From Trichodesmium erythraeum IMS101 (GTDB lineage: Bacteria; Cyanobacteriota; Cyanobacteriia; Cyanobacteriales; Microcoleaceae), in contig NC_008312.1 of NCBI RefSeq assembly GCF_000014265.1, positions 6,420,001 through 6,452,000 of the forward strand: a stretch of 32,000 nt of DNA, in the 5' to 3' direction. The notes under the pieces were generated by a model that did no database searches, was not told where the DNA came from, and saw only the letters and a program-made list of their open reading frames with translations. Made by a program: the position numbers and the translations under genes. Below, one piece after another: positions 1 to 8,235 of the stretch (its first letter is position 1; the number at the start of each line of letters is the position of its first letter).

Positions 1-123
1 TAAAGTGAGAAAAGTATTTTTATTATGGCTAATTAATGAGAGTTAACATGAAATTTTATTTTTGGTAAAATCAATAATAAACAATTACAATAATTATAGA
101 AAACTCTGAATATACTAATAACT

Positions 124-1143
124 ATGACACCAGCAGTTTTAATAGAAAATCTTCAAAAAAGTTATGGTTCATCCGTAGCAGTTAAAGACGTTTCCTTTAA
201 GATAGAATCTGGAGAAATATTTGGTTTACTTGGCCCCAATGGTGCTGGCAAAACAACTACTCTACGCGCTCTATGTACACTAATTACACCAGATGCTGGA
301 CGCTTAGAAGTATCAGGTATTTCGGTGGTTGACCAACCAAGAATAGCCAGACAACGCCTTGGGTATGTTGCCCAAGAAGTAGCATTAGACAAAGTATTAA
401 CAGGTCGAGAACTACTGGAACTTCAAGGAGCAATATATCATATCCCTAGCAAACTGGCCAAAGAAAGAATCGACAAAGTGATTAGTCTTCTTGAGATAAA
501 AGACTGGGCAGATAAAAAAACTGGTACTTACTCTGGTGGTATCCGTAAACGTCTTGACCTAGCAGCAGGTTTGTTACATCAACCAGATGTCTTAGTTTTA
601 GATGAACCTACAGTCGGTTTAGATATTGACAGTAGGGTAGCCGTATGGGATTTTTTGCGTCAGTTACGCGACTCAGGCACAACAGTTTTGATCACTAGTC
701 ACTATCTTGAAGAAGTGGATGCTTTAGCAGACCGGGTAGCTATTATTGATAAAGGGGTGGTTATTGCAACTGGTACTCCTTCGGAACTTAAAGATCGAGT
801 AGGAGGCGATCGCATCACTTTGCGCATTAGAGAATTTTCTCCTGCTGAAGAAGCAGAAAGAGCTAAAACATTACTGGCTCCCCTGCCAATAGTTCAAGAA
901 GTTATTATCAATGCTGCTCAGGGCAATTCTTTAAACCTAGTTGTTACACCCCAGAGCGATGCTTTAATCAAAATTCAACGATCATTACAAGAAGCTGGTT
1001 TACCTATTTTTGGTATTGCTCAAGCACGACCAAGTCTAGATGACGTTTATTTAGCAGCAACAGGAAAAACCTTAATGGATGCAGAATTAGCTGCTTCTAA
1101 TAGTCGAGACTTAAAAGCAGAGAAAAAACAGAGCATGCGCTAG
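124..1143 (+). CDS. ABC transporter ATP-binding subunit (ABC-2/DrrA-like exporter ATPase)
   Basis: 339-aa ORF with Walker A GPNGAGKTT, ABC signature YSGGIRKRL, Walker B VLVLDEPT and H-loop TSHY. It also has a ~100-aa C-terminal extension, as in DrrA-type ATPases. Confidence 0.9.
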   Translation: MTPAVLIENLQKSYGSSVAVKDVSFKIESGEIFGLLGPNGAGKTTTLRALCTLITPDAGRLEVSGISVVDQPRIARQRLGYVAQEVALDKVLTGRELLELQGAIYHIPSKLAKERIDKVISLLEIKDWADKKTGTYSGGIRKRLDLAAGLLHQPDVLVLDEPTVGLDIDSRVAVWDFLRQLRDSGTTVLITSHYLEEVDALADRVAIIDKGVVIATGTPSELKDRVGGDRITLRIREFSPAEEAERAKTLLAPLPIVQEVIINAAQGNSLNLVVTPQSDALIKIQRSLQEAGLPIFGIAQARPSLDDVYLAATGKTLMDAELAASNSRDLKAEKKQSMR

Positions 1144-1153
1144 TCAAAAGTAA

Positions 1154-1333
1154 ACAGTCAAAACTTAAAAGTCAAAACTTAGAAAAAAATTTAGGAGTCA
1201 ACAATTCAGCAAGTATTTATAATTAATATTTCACTGAGAATTTGACTCCTGATTAACCTAAAAGTCAAAACTTAAAAGTCAAAAGTCAGAAAAAAATTTA
1301 GGAGTCAACAACTCAGTAAATATTTATACTTAA
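1154..1333. repeat. Intergenic direct repeat: two ~70-bp copies with a 107-bp period, built on AGTCAAAA motifs
   Basis: agtcaaaacttaaaagtcaaaa(c/g)t(t/c)agaaaaaaatttaggagtcaacaa(t/c)tcag..tatttata occurs at ~1156..1226 and ~1263..1333. The spacer contains ttgactcct, the inverse complement of the aggagtcaa in copy 1. Confidence 0.8.
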
Positions 1334-1362
1334 TCCTTTTTATAATTGTAAAGGATTTCAAT

Positions 1363-2166
1363 TTGATTAATGTCCTAACACCTAAAAATTCTATGAATAT
1401 ATATCAGATCCTAAAACAAAGCCAACGTTTAAGAATTAGTGATGGCCAGACTGTTCCTATTCTCAGTGGTTGTGAAAATGTTAATCGTCTGTTAGTTTTA
1501 ATCTGGTCACAATTGGGCGATTTTGATAATCTCGAATATGCTTGGTGGTTACAACGAGAATCAGCAAAATTGCAAGAATTGGGGATAACACTACGGGCGA
1601 TCGGTATTGGTAATTACGCTTCTGGTGAGAGATTTTGTAAATATACCAAATTTCCCACTGAATCATTATTTGTCGATCCAGATGCCAAATTACATCAAGA
1701 ATTAGAATTATATCAGGGATTAACCTGGAAATTTCCCTTATTAAATAAAGGTCAAAGTGCTTTCCTCAATTTAATGATCATGTGTGCAGGCATTGGTAGT
1801 CCAGGCACTTTAAGAGAAGTACTGAGAGGTTATCTAGGGGATAAAAAAGCACCTCAACTAATTGATGCTCATGAAGTAATTCATGCTAAACCTTTACCAC
1901 CCCTAAAGGGTTCATTTTTTAACCTTGCAGGTGGAAAAGGTTGTCAACGTCCTTTTGAACTAGCAACACTCAGGTTAAGAAACATGACCGAAGTCCTAAG
2001 TAATTGGTCAACCTATATACCTAATTCTAGTTATTTAACTCAAAGAGGCGCCACTTTTCTCTTTGATCATCAGGGAAATTTGTTGTACAAACATTGCGAT
2101 CGCGGCATTCTAGGTTTTGCCGAAGATAAAAGTAACCCTCTATCTTTTGTTTTAAATAGAGAATAG
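1363..2166 (+). CDS. AhpC/TSA_2-like thioredoxin-fold protein (peroxiredoxin-like, no obvious CxxC)
   Basis: 267-aa ORF. The region LVLIWSQLGDFDNLEYAWWL...LRAIGIGN...FVDPDAKLHQELELY resembles cyanobacterial AhpC/TSA-family proteins. The ORF-track start is TTG at 1363; the ATG at 1393 is the more likely start. Confidence 0.6.
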   Translation: MINVLTPKNSMNIYQILKQSQRLRISDGQTVPILSGCENVNRLLVLIWSQLGDFDNLEYAWWLQRESAKLQELGITLRAIGIGNYASGERFCKYTKFPTESLFVDPDAKLHQELELYQGLTWKFPLLNKGQSAFLNLMIMCAGIGSPGTLREVLRGYLGDKKAPQLIDAHEVIHAKPLPPLKGSFFNLAGGKGCQRPFELATLRLRNMTEVLSNWSTYIPNSSYLTQRGATFLFDHQGNLLYKHCDRGILGFAEDKSNPLSFVLNRE

Positions 2167-2437
2167 GGAATAGGAAAACATTAGGAAAAAATAGGTGTAG
2201 GGATATTGTCCTTTCATCCCATTTTCGCCCTTTTGTGGTGACTAAACCCCGGATTTATAAAATATTACAACATAAGTGCGGATTTCTATCAGAGCATACG
2301 CAACCAAACAAAAAAACCGGGTTTATTCCCATGACTATTGTTTTTCGCAATTCGATGGCAAATTTTGTTACCAACCCAGTTCCTACCTAAGTCGTGTCTG
2401 TTAAAGTCGATACTGGTCTAGCGTTAGTAAAAATTTC

Positions 2438-3289
2438 TTAATTCAGCCAGTCAGCGATCGTTCCTATTTGCTCTTTTGATAATAAAGGCGGGTTATGACC
2501 ACAAGGAAAATGCTTAACATTTATTTGAGGATGAATAGATTGCATTTTCTCAATAGTTTTTGGTAACAATAAATAAGATTCTTCACCATGTAACAATAAT
2601 ACCGGACAACTTACTGATGACCAAGTTTGCCAAAAATCAATTGGCTTAGGTTCACCTACATTAGATCTAAATATATCTATAATGGAAAAATCGTAGTGTA
2701 ATTGATATTTGTCTTCGGAAGTCTTTTTTACAGTATGTTTAGCTATATGTTCCCATTCTGAATCAGTTAAAGCACCATAACCAGAATAAAATTTTTTCAC
2801 ATATTCTGTTACTTGAGTCAAATTTTCAAAATCAGATCTGTCTTGACTTAAATATTGTCCTGCCCAACGTCTCAAGTTTTCAGGAAAAATCTCTGGACCA
2901 ACATCATTCATAACCAATCTGTTAATTAAAGAATTGTTTTGAGAGGCAATAAACATTCCAATTAAGCCTCCCATTGATGTTCCTATCCAATCAACATTAC
3001 TTAGATGTAGTTGATTAATTAAAGTTAACATATCTGAGATATAAAGAGGTAGACCATAATCAGATGAATTGAATAGCCAATCACTTTTCCCTCTGCCTAC
3101 TATATCTGGGCAAATAACTCGATATTTTTGCTGCAAGGTAGCTGCTAAATAGTCAAAATCTCTCCCTGTACGACTAAAACCATGAACACAAATTAATACT
3201 CTTTTATTTTCAGGATTACCCCATTGAGTATAAGCTATCCGATGTTGACCGTTTGGGTTTTTACATTCTATATATTCATACTGTACCAT
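2438..3289 (-). CDS. alpha/beta-fold hydrolase
   Basis: 283-aa ORF with an HG oxyanion motif (ICVHGFSRTGRDF), nucleophile elbow GTSMGG, and C-terminal LLLHGE...GH typical of the alpha/beta hydrolase fold. Confidence 0.85.
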   Translation of the reverse strand: MVQYEYIECKNPNGQHRIAYTQWGNPENKRVLICVHGFSRTGRDFDYLAATLQQKYRVICPDIVGRGKSDWLFNSSDYGLPLYISDMLTLINQLHLSNVDWIGTSMGGLIGMFIASQNNSLINRLVMNDVGPEIFPENLRRWAGQYLSQDRSDFENLTQVTEYVKKFYSGYGALTDSEWEHIAKHTVKKTSEDKYQLHYDFSIIDIFRSNVGEPKPIDFWQTWSSVSCPVLLLHGEESYLLLPKTIEKMQSIHPQINVKHFPCGHNPPLLSKEQIGTIADWLN

Positions 3290-3347
3290 GATCTTTCTTA
3301 AAGAGAATTACAATTTTTCTTGATAATATAAATACGCAATATAAATT

Positions 3348-3435
3348 AGGACTTACGCAAAAGCTCTAATTGTAGTAGAATTATATGAATAAATTACCAA
3401 CAAGACAATACATATAGCTGTACTACGTAAGTCCT
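3348..3435. repeat. 88-bp unit bounded by inverted termini AGGACTTACGCA / TACGTAAGTCCT
   Basis: The 12-nt termini are reverse complements at 11 of 12 positions. The same termini bound a second unit at 28770..28865, and single copies occur elsewhere (14316, 24756, 7088). Confidence 0.6.
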
Positions 3436-3762
3436 ATAAATTTTATTCTTCAAATTGTGGGAAGGTTGCATAAAACCTCTGTACCTACTCCCCTATTCCT
3501 GATCCAGAAACAAAGGAAATCCTGGGTTTCTACTTAGGAGAAAGGAGAGAAAAAGGTACAAAGTGAACTCAAAAATCGCCATATTCAAGGAAGTTATAGC
3601 GATCACTTTTCAAACTTAACTGTTAATTTTTAAGTTACTCCTGCATAGTAATGATTAATTCATAAGAACAATGCCTAGCAAGGGAGCAAGATACTCCAAC
3701 TGCCCTTCGTATTGACCAAAATCATTACGATAGACCACCACTACCATGAACAACCGACACTT

Positions 3763-4380
3763 TTAGCTTTCGGCAGGATCTATCATAATCTTGAGGTTAT
3801 CAAAACTCATATTTAAGAACTCACCTTTCACAGGCGCATCTATTAAAAAGCCAATCTTAGACTCCAAGTTTGGATCATTGTCAGCAAAAGTATACTTAAA
3901 CGACCATTGCTTTGTTTCTCCCCATGCAACGCGAGGCTTTGAACTAGATGTTTCAATAGCAGTAGTAAGCAATGTGCCAGGATTATCTTTATTCCCTCCC
4001 ACAGTCAGGCCAATGTAATCAGCATGAGCAAGATCTGCTGATACACCGTCGTCGTTCTTGGGTCCATCGAAGTTGCAGACATCAATAGTTACAGCATATT
4101 CCCCAGGAACTAAAGGAAAATCGAAATTAATAAAGGCTTTTCCTCCGTAATCTGGAAAACTATTAGCCATTCCCAGTGTTGTTGAGCCAGCAGTGGCTTT
4201 GCAGCCCTCTGCACCATCAGGAAAGAAGTGATTCTCTGAATTTACAACCCAATCACCATCGTCTTCAATATCATTTGCAATTAGGAATATCTGTTCTTGG
4301 GCAGCGACTATAGTTGGATTCGTGCCTAAGCAAGTTAATACTAGTAGTACTGAAATTACCCATACTAGTATTGATTTCAT
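3763..4380 (-). CDS. hypothetical secreted protein (N-terminal signal peptide)
   Basis: 205-aa ORF. The N-terminus MKSILVWVISVLLVLTCLGTNPTIVAAQ looks like a Sec signal peptide with an AxA-like cleavage site. I recognise no family. It sits between non-coding or degraded flanks. Confidence 0.6.
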   Translation of the reverse strand: MKSILVWVISVLLVLTCLGTNPTIVAAQEQIFLIANDIEDDGDWVVNSENHFFPDGAEGCKATAGSTTLGMANSFPDYGGKAFINFDFPLVPGEYAVTIDVCNFDGPKNDDGVSADLAHADYIGLTVGGNKDNPGTLLTTAIETSSSKPRVAWGETKQWSFKYTFADNDPNLESKIGFLIDAPVKGEFLNMSFDNLKIMIDPAES

Positions 4381-4647
4381 ATTAGGACCTCCAGTTTTTG
4401 TAGTTTAAATAAATACTTATGTAGTTTTTTTTCTCTATGAAAAATTGAACAACGCAGTTTTTAGCTCGGTCTGGAGATGAACCCATAAAGAATTATTTAC
4501 CTTATTCTGATAAATAATAGTAAGAATTTAATATTTTTTTAATAAGTATAAATGACTATAACTTTTTTATTGTATAGCAATCGAATTAAGATGTGAGAAA
4601 CAAAAACTTTAGGGTCCTTGTCTTTTCATCCTATTTTGCCCTCTTAA

Positions 4648-4902
4648 TATGCTGTTGCTGCACAAGATATAGCAGATTTAGTTTATGAAGCTTTCAGTGA
4701 TATTGGTAGAGTTAAAGTTTTTACCCCAGATATGATGATAAGTTGTTTTTGTCTATTAAATAGCGATTTTTGGCTTCTTCCAAACAAACAACAAGAAGAT
4801 TCAGACCAAACCCTGGAGGCAATTAAGCGTCGTCCGGGTCAAGCTCAACTGATTATTTTGCTTGATAGTAAAGTTTTCCCAACTATTCCTAGTATAGCGT
4901 GA
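4648..4902 (+). pseudogene. 5'-truncated gene stub of unknown family
   Basis: An 84-codon open frame (YAVAAQDIADLVYEAFSDIGRVKVF...QAQLIILLDSKVFPTIPSIA*) begins right after a TAA with no start codon until codon ~30. It directly abuts a dispersed ~35-nt repeat at 4610..4647. Confidence 0.35.
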
Positions 4903-5400
4903 TTAGAAAAAGTCCCCACCTATACTTATTCTTAGCTAATCGTTTATATAAATGAGTCGGGTATGAATAGCCAAAACAGTAAGATAATGGATAGATCAAA
5001 AAGGAGAACAATTCTACTCACTTTATACAGGGAAACCTCAAGAGCGTATCAACATGATTGCTGCCCTGTGAATAGGTAAGCCTAAAAGCTACATGGGTGA
5101 AAATCTAGCTAAATTCTAGTCAGGGCCTTAGCTGCGATCGCTACCTTCATTCAACAAAGTCCCAGGAACATCTACTTTCCTTCTTTATCCTTACTTCTTC
5201 CTTCTTCCCTTTCCCTTCTTTCTATAATCAAGACTCTTGACTAGTAACTAAGCTCTGGAGACCTTTTATCATAAAAAAAGCGTTGCTGAATTAAGGTATG
5301 ATTTTAGTCCATAGCGATCGCTATGAATATCTATAAGTAACTGAAACATCCCAAAATTGATATTTACTGAACCAGTAAGAGAATTGAATGCTTTAACCTC

Positions 5401-5560
5401 TCGGAATTATTTTGAGTAGCAAAAAGTCCTTCGATGTCATCTGGCAAGATAATGCCGAAGTCTAGTATTTTCTTCTTCTACTCTGGTCATATAGGTTTTG
5501 CCGATAATTTTATCCCCATAATTAATAGGCCTTGGCATATACTTTCCATCCATCTGTAAC
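5401..5560 (-). pseudogene. IS1-family transposase C-terminal fragment
   Basis: Minus-strand translation gives ...DGKYMPRPINYGDKIIGKTYMTRVEEENTRLRHYLAR*HRRTFCYSKI. This matches the conserved IS1 InsB C-terminus (..GK..T..vEg.NtrlRhylaRl.RkTlCySKs) and has an in-frame stop. Confidence 0.6.
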
Positions 5561-5640
5561 TTAAAAATAACATTCCCCTTTTTTCACTTGTTCCCATAAA
5601 GGATAAAATGTTTTTCCACTAGGATTTCCAATAACCCATT

Positions 5641-5904
5641 CTAAAATTCCTTATGATTAACTCCAAATTTTTTAGCTCTGTCTGCCAATTTAAACTATGG
5701 ATTTAGTTTGACATCTTTTTCTAATTCTTTCAAATCTAATTTTCTGCGACGACATTCTACCTTAGTTGCTTCCAATTTTGAGCGAGATAACCATCTACAT
5801 ATCGAAGCTATTCCTATCCCAAATACATGAGCTACTTCGGTGAGTTTACTACCATTTTCTACAAAATTTATGACTTTTTGTATGAAGTCTAAACTGTAAA
5901 GCAT
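5641..5904 (-). pseudogene. IS630-family transposase N-terminal (HTH) fragment
   Basis: The 69-aa ORF MLYSLDFIQKVINFVENGSKLTEVAHVFGIGIASICRWLSRSKLEATKVECRRRKLD matches IS630-type N-terminal HTH regions. After the stop it continues as FKLADRAKKFGVNHKEF. The DDE domain is absent. Confidence 0.65.
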
Positions 5905-6175
5905 AGTGAAAAATAATTTATAGTTGACTTAAAATTATTCTTCTCAATTTTTCTCTTAATCTTAATTAAAACAACTATAAATGATTTTATTGTTACAGAG
6001 CTAGATTTTGCTTCTCCCGGTTTAACTACGCTAATGGGTGATTTTGTGACTCCACAACCAGGTATTACTGAACTTACTCCATCTCCTGTCATCTTAGAAC
6101 TACTCCCGGAAGTAGTGGGAAATGTTGCCCCTTCTGTAATTGAGTGATTCGAGTATATTTGTGAATGTAGAATTA

Positions 6176-6559
6176 TGAGCACATTTTCATGTTGCATTTC
6201 CCTAGGGCACAAAAGTCTCACCCACCCATTTCAAAAGATTTTTTGGAAGAAATAACAGCAAAATTTAAGCCCTTTTCCATAATAGGTAAAGAGTCATGGT
6301 TTCCTGCTATCTAGTAATTAGGAATATTGAGGGGACTAATTAAGGAAACCAGACATTGGTATGCTCCGAGGCTTTCATCCTTGACAACGCCCCTGGTCAA
6401 TAGCAGTGCATCTAGTTGAGGTTGTAATTGTCCCAGTTTCTCTAAAAGCTTCAGGAAAGAGGTTTGGCCAGACACTCCATAAGTTTTTCCCAAAGTTAGG
6501 TCTGTAAATAGATGGGTGTCAGTCATTTGAGTAACAGTGATAGGAGATTTAGAAATCAT
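6176..6559 (-). pseudogene. metallophosphoesterase (CpdA-like) pseudogene, 3'-truncated with nonsense mutations
   Basis: The N-terminus has the TDTHL metal motif. The expected LLTGDL motif reads LLTRGV. IPNY*IAGNHD has TAG (6311..6313) where the conserved Trp of the WxxGNHD motif is expected. GG*DF has TGA (6218..6220) at a second expected Trp. Similarity is lost beyond ~6176. Confidence 0.7.
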
Positions 6560-6811
6560 GATTAATTAGAAAATTTTGATACAGCAGTTTGAAAAAATAT
6601 GTGGTGTACGTTTTAAACTCAAACCCTAGAATATAAAAATCTTGCTAGCTACGGTTATAACTCACTGATATAAAACACCTTTTATTGATAGCTTCAAGTA
6701 TTTGTCCATATTGCTTGAAAAACAAGGCCATCAGTAATTTAAACCTCGTTTAGTTTGAGGCTTGCTATATTTTCTGGAATAGTGTAAGATAAAAAGTAGT
6801 TTAGTAAGAAC

Positions 6812-6883
6812 GGCGGCATGGCCAAGTGGTAAGGCAAGGGTCTGCAAAATCCTTATTCCCCAGTTCGAATCTGGGTGCCGCCT
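6812..6883 (+). tRNA. tRNA-Cys (anticodon GCA)
   Basis: 72-nt cloverleaf folded by hand. Acceptor stem GGCGGCA/TGCCGCC, anticodon stem AGGGT/ATCCT with loop CTGCAAA, T arm CCCAG-TTCGAAT-CTGGG, discriminator U. CCA is not encoded. Confidence 0.9.
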
Positions 6884-7318
6884 TTAAGTTTAGTTGTAAC
6901 CTATCAATATTAATTAATCTATTGAGCAAAAAATCAATAAATAAGGTTATAGGTTTTTAGGTTTTTCTCTTTTTAGAGGTTGAAAAAAATCAGCTTTAAT
7001 ATTTCTAGAAAAATAATAATTGATAGCCCTCTTTTGTAAGTAATAAGTTATTAAAGATAGCTGATAGCTGAGGGCTGAAAGCCGAGGACTTATGACTCGC
7101 TTCTAATACTAAGCGTGAAAAAAAGAATGTTACAAATAATCTGGGTACAAAAAGAAAATTTAAAAAGAAAATTTAATCAGATTTCCCTTGAATTAAAAAG
7201 AAATTTTTCAACTAATATAATGAGATTTAAACTATTTATTCTGACTCCTTAGTACTTTATCCTAAATCTTAAATAGTAGACTAAATATTTGTAGCAAAAG
7301 TTTATTTTTCTGTTATAA

Positions 7319-7924
7319 CTACTTTTCTAATGATGGTAGGTAACTAACTTTAGCCCATGCAGCAATAATATTACCTAACCATTGAATATTGTCATAAGAC
7401 TGATAAGCAAGGAGTTGATAATCTTGATGGGTAGTTTTGATTAATAAACCCCATGATGATAATCTATTTCTTTTAAAACCGCTAGTTTTAATTTGTTGTA
7501 TATATTTAATTTTTGAGCGTCTAATTTCGTGTTTTTTTTCTTTAAAATTACCTAATTTTTCATTGAAAACCAGGTAGTCAAGTCTTAAGTCAAATCTAGC
7601 TTTTGCTAGAAAAAAATATATGATTATATAGACTTGATCAACAATTTTAGCAACAAAAAAATACATCACTAAAGGAATAAATAAAAATATAAAAGTTAAA
7701 ATAATAATTAAATAATCTTGAATCAGGAGAAATGAAGTTATTAGCAATATAGCAATAAAAATACAGAATAGTAGCCAAGCTAAAAGGCGTATCATTGAGA
7801 ATATTATTAAATATCTCATGCCATTTGGACGGTAAACTAATAGAAGCTCACTGTGAGAAGAGTAGAAGATTTTAAATCCTTTCGGAGGTGGAATAATCGG
7901 TAACATAATAGGAGCAAAGATCAT
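7319..7924 (-). CDS. hypothetical integral membrane protein
   Basis: 201-aa ORF with a long hydrophobic block (LIIFSMIRLLAWLLFCIFIAILLITSFLLIQDYLIIILTFIFLFIPLVMYFFV) giving 2-3 predicted TM helices. No family recognised. Very AT-rich. Confidence 0.45.
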   Translation of the reverse strand: MIFAPIMLPIIPPPKGFKIFYSSHSELLLVYRPNGMRYLIIFSMIRLLAWLLFCIFIAILLITSFLLIQDYLIIILTFIFLFIPLVMYFFVAKIVDQVYIIIYFFLAKARFDLRLDYLVFNEKLGNFKEKKHEIRRSKIKYIQQIKTSGFKRNRLSSWGLLIKTTHQDYQLLAYQSYDNIQWLGNIIAAWAKVSYLPSLEK

Positions 7925-8235
7925 TAAAGATTTTCAATATTTGTTGCTAGGAAAAAAAATTAATTATACTAAAGATAAATTTTTTTTCATAAAGAAATTC
8001 TCAACTTAATTTTTTCTATAAGTTTTTGATAATTGGCATTAATTAGGTTCAGATCAATAAAGTAGACATTTGGTGAGCAAGGTACCTACACTATAAATAT
8101 TTAATCAGAAAAGTTGGTATTTGTACCCATTGTCTATTGTCAGAGAGCATCCTATTTATATCAATTACTAACTAATAATAGCATTAGCATAATTATTAAC
8201 TTGTTTCCAACTAAAATTTAATTTATTTTTTTCTT

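Noticed and set aside
162-392. Antisense or overlapping shadow ORFs inside well-supported genes (162..392, 1481..1666, 3791..4018, 14860..15042, 17265..17498, 19149..19331, 25081..25347, 26835..27035, 29774..29983, 31097..31333, 31568..31789)
   Set aside because: Each lies wholly inside, or antisense to, a longer ORF with clear family signatures (or to an IS fragment) and has low-complexity or atypical composition. These are typical shadow ORFs.
5889-6221. 110-aa minus-strand ORF
   Set aside because: It overlaps the out-of-frame tail of the phosphoesterase pseudogene and IS debris. It has a Ser/Thr/Gly-rich low-complexity composition and no recognisable family. Judged spurious.
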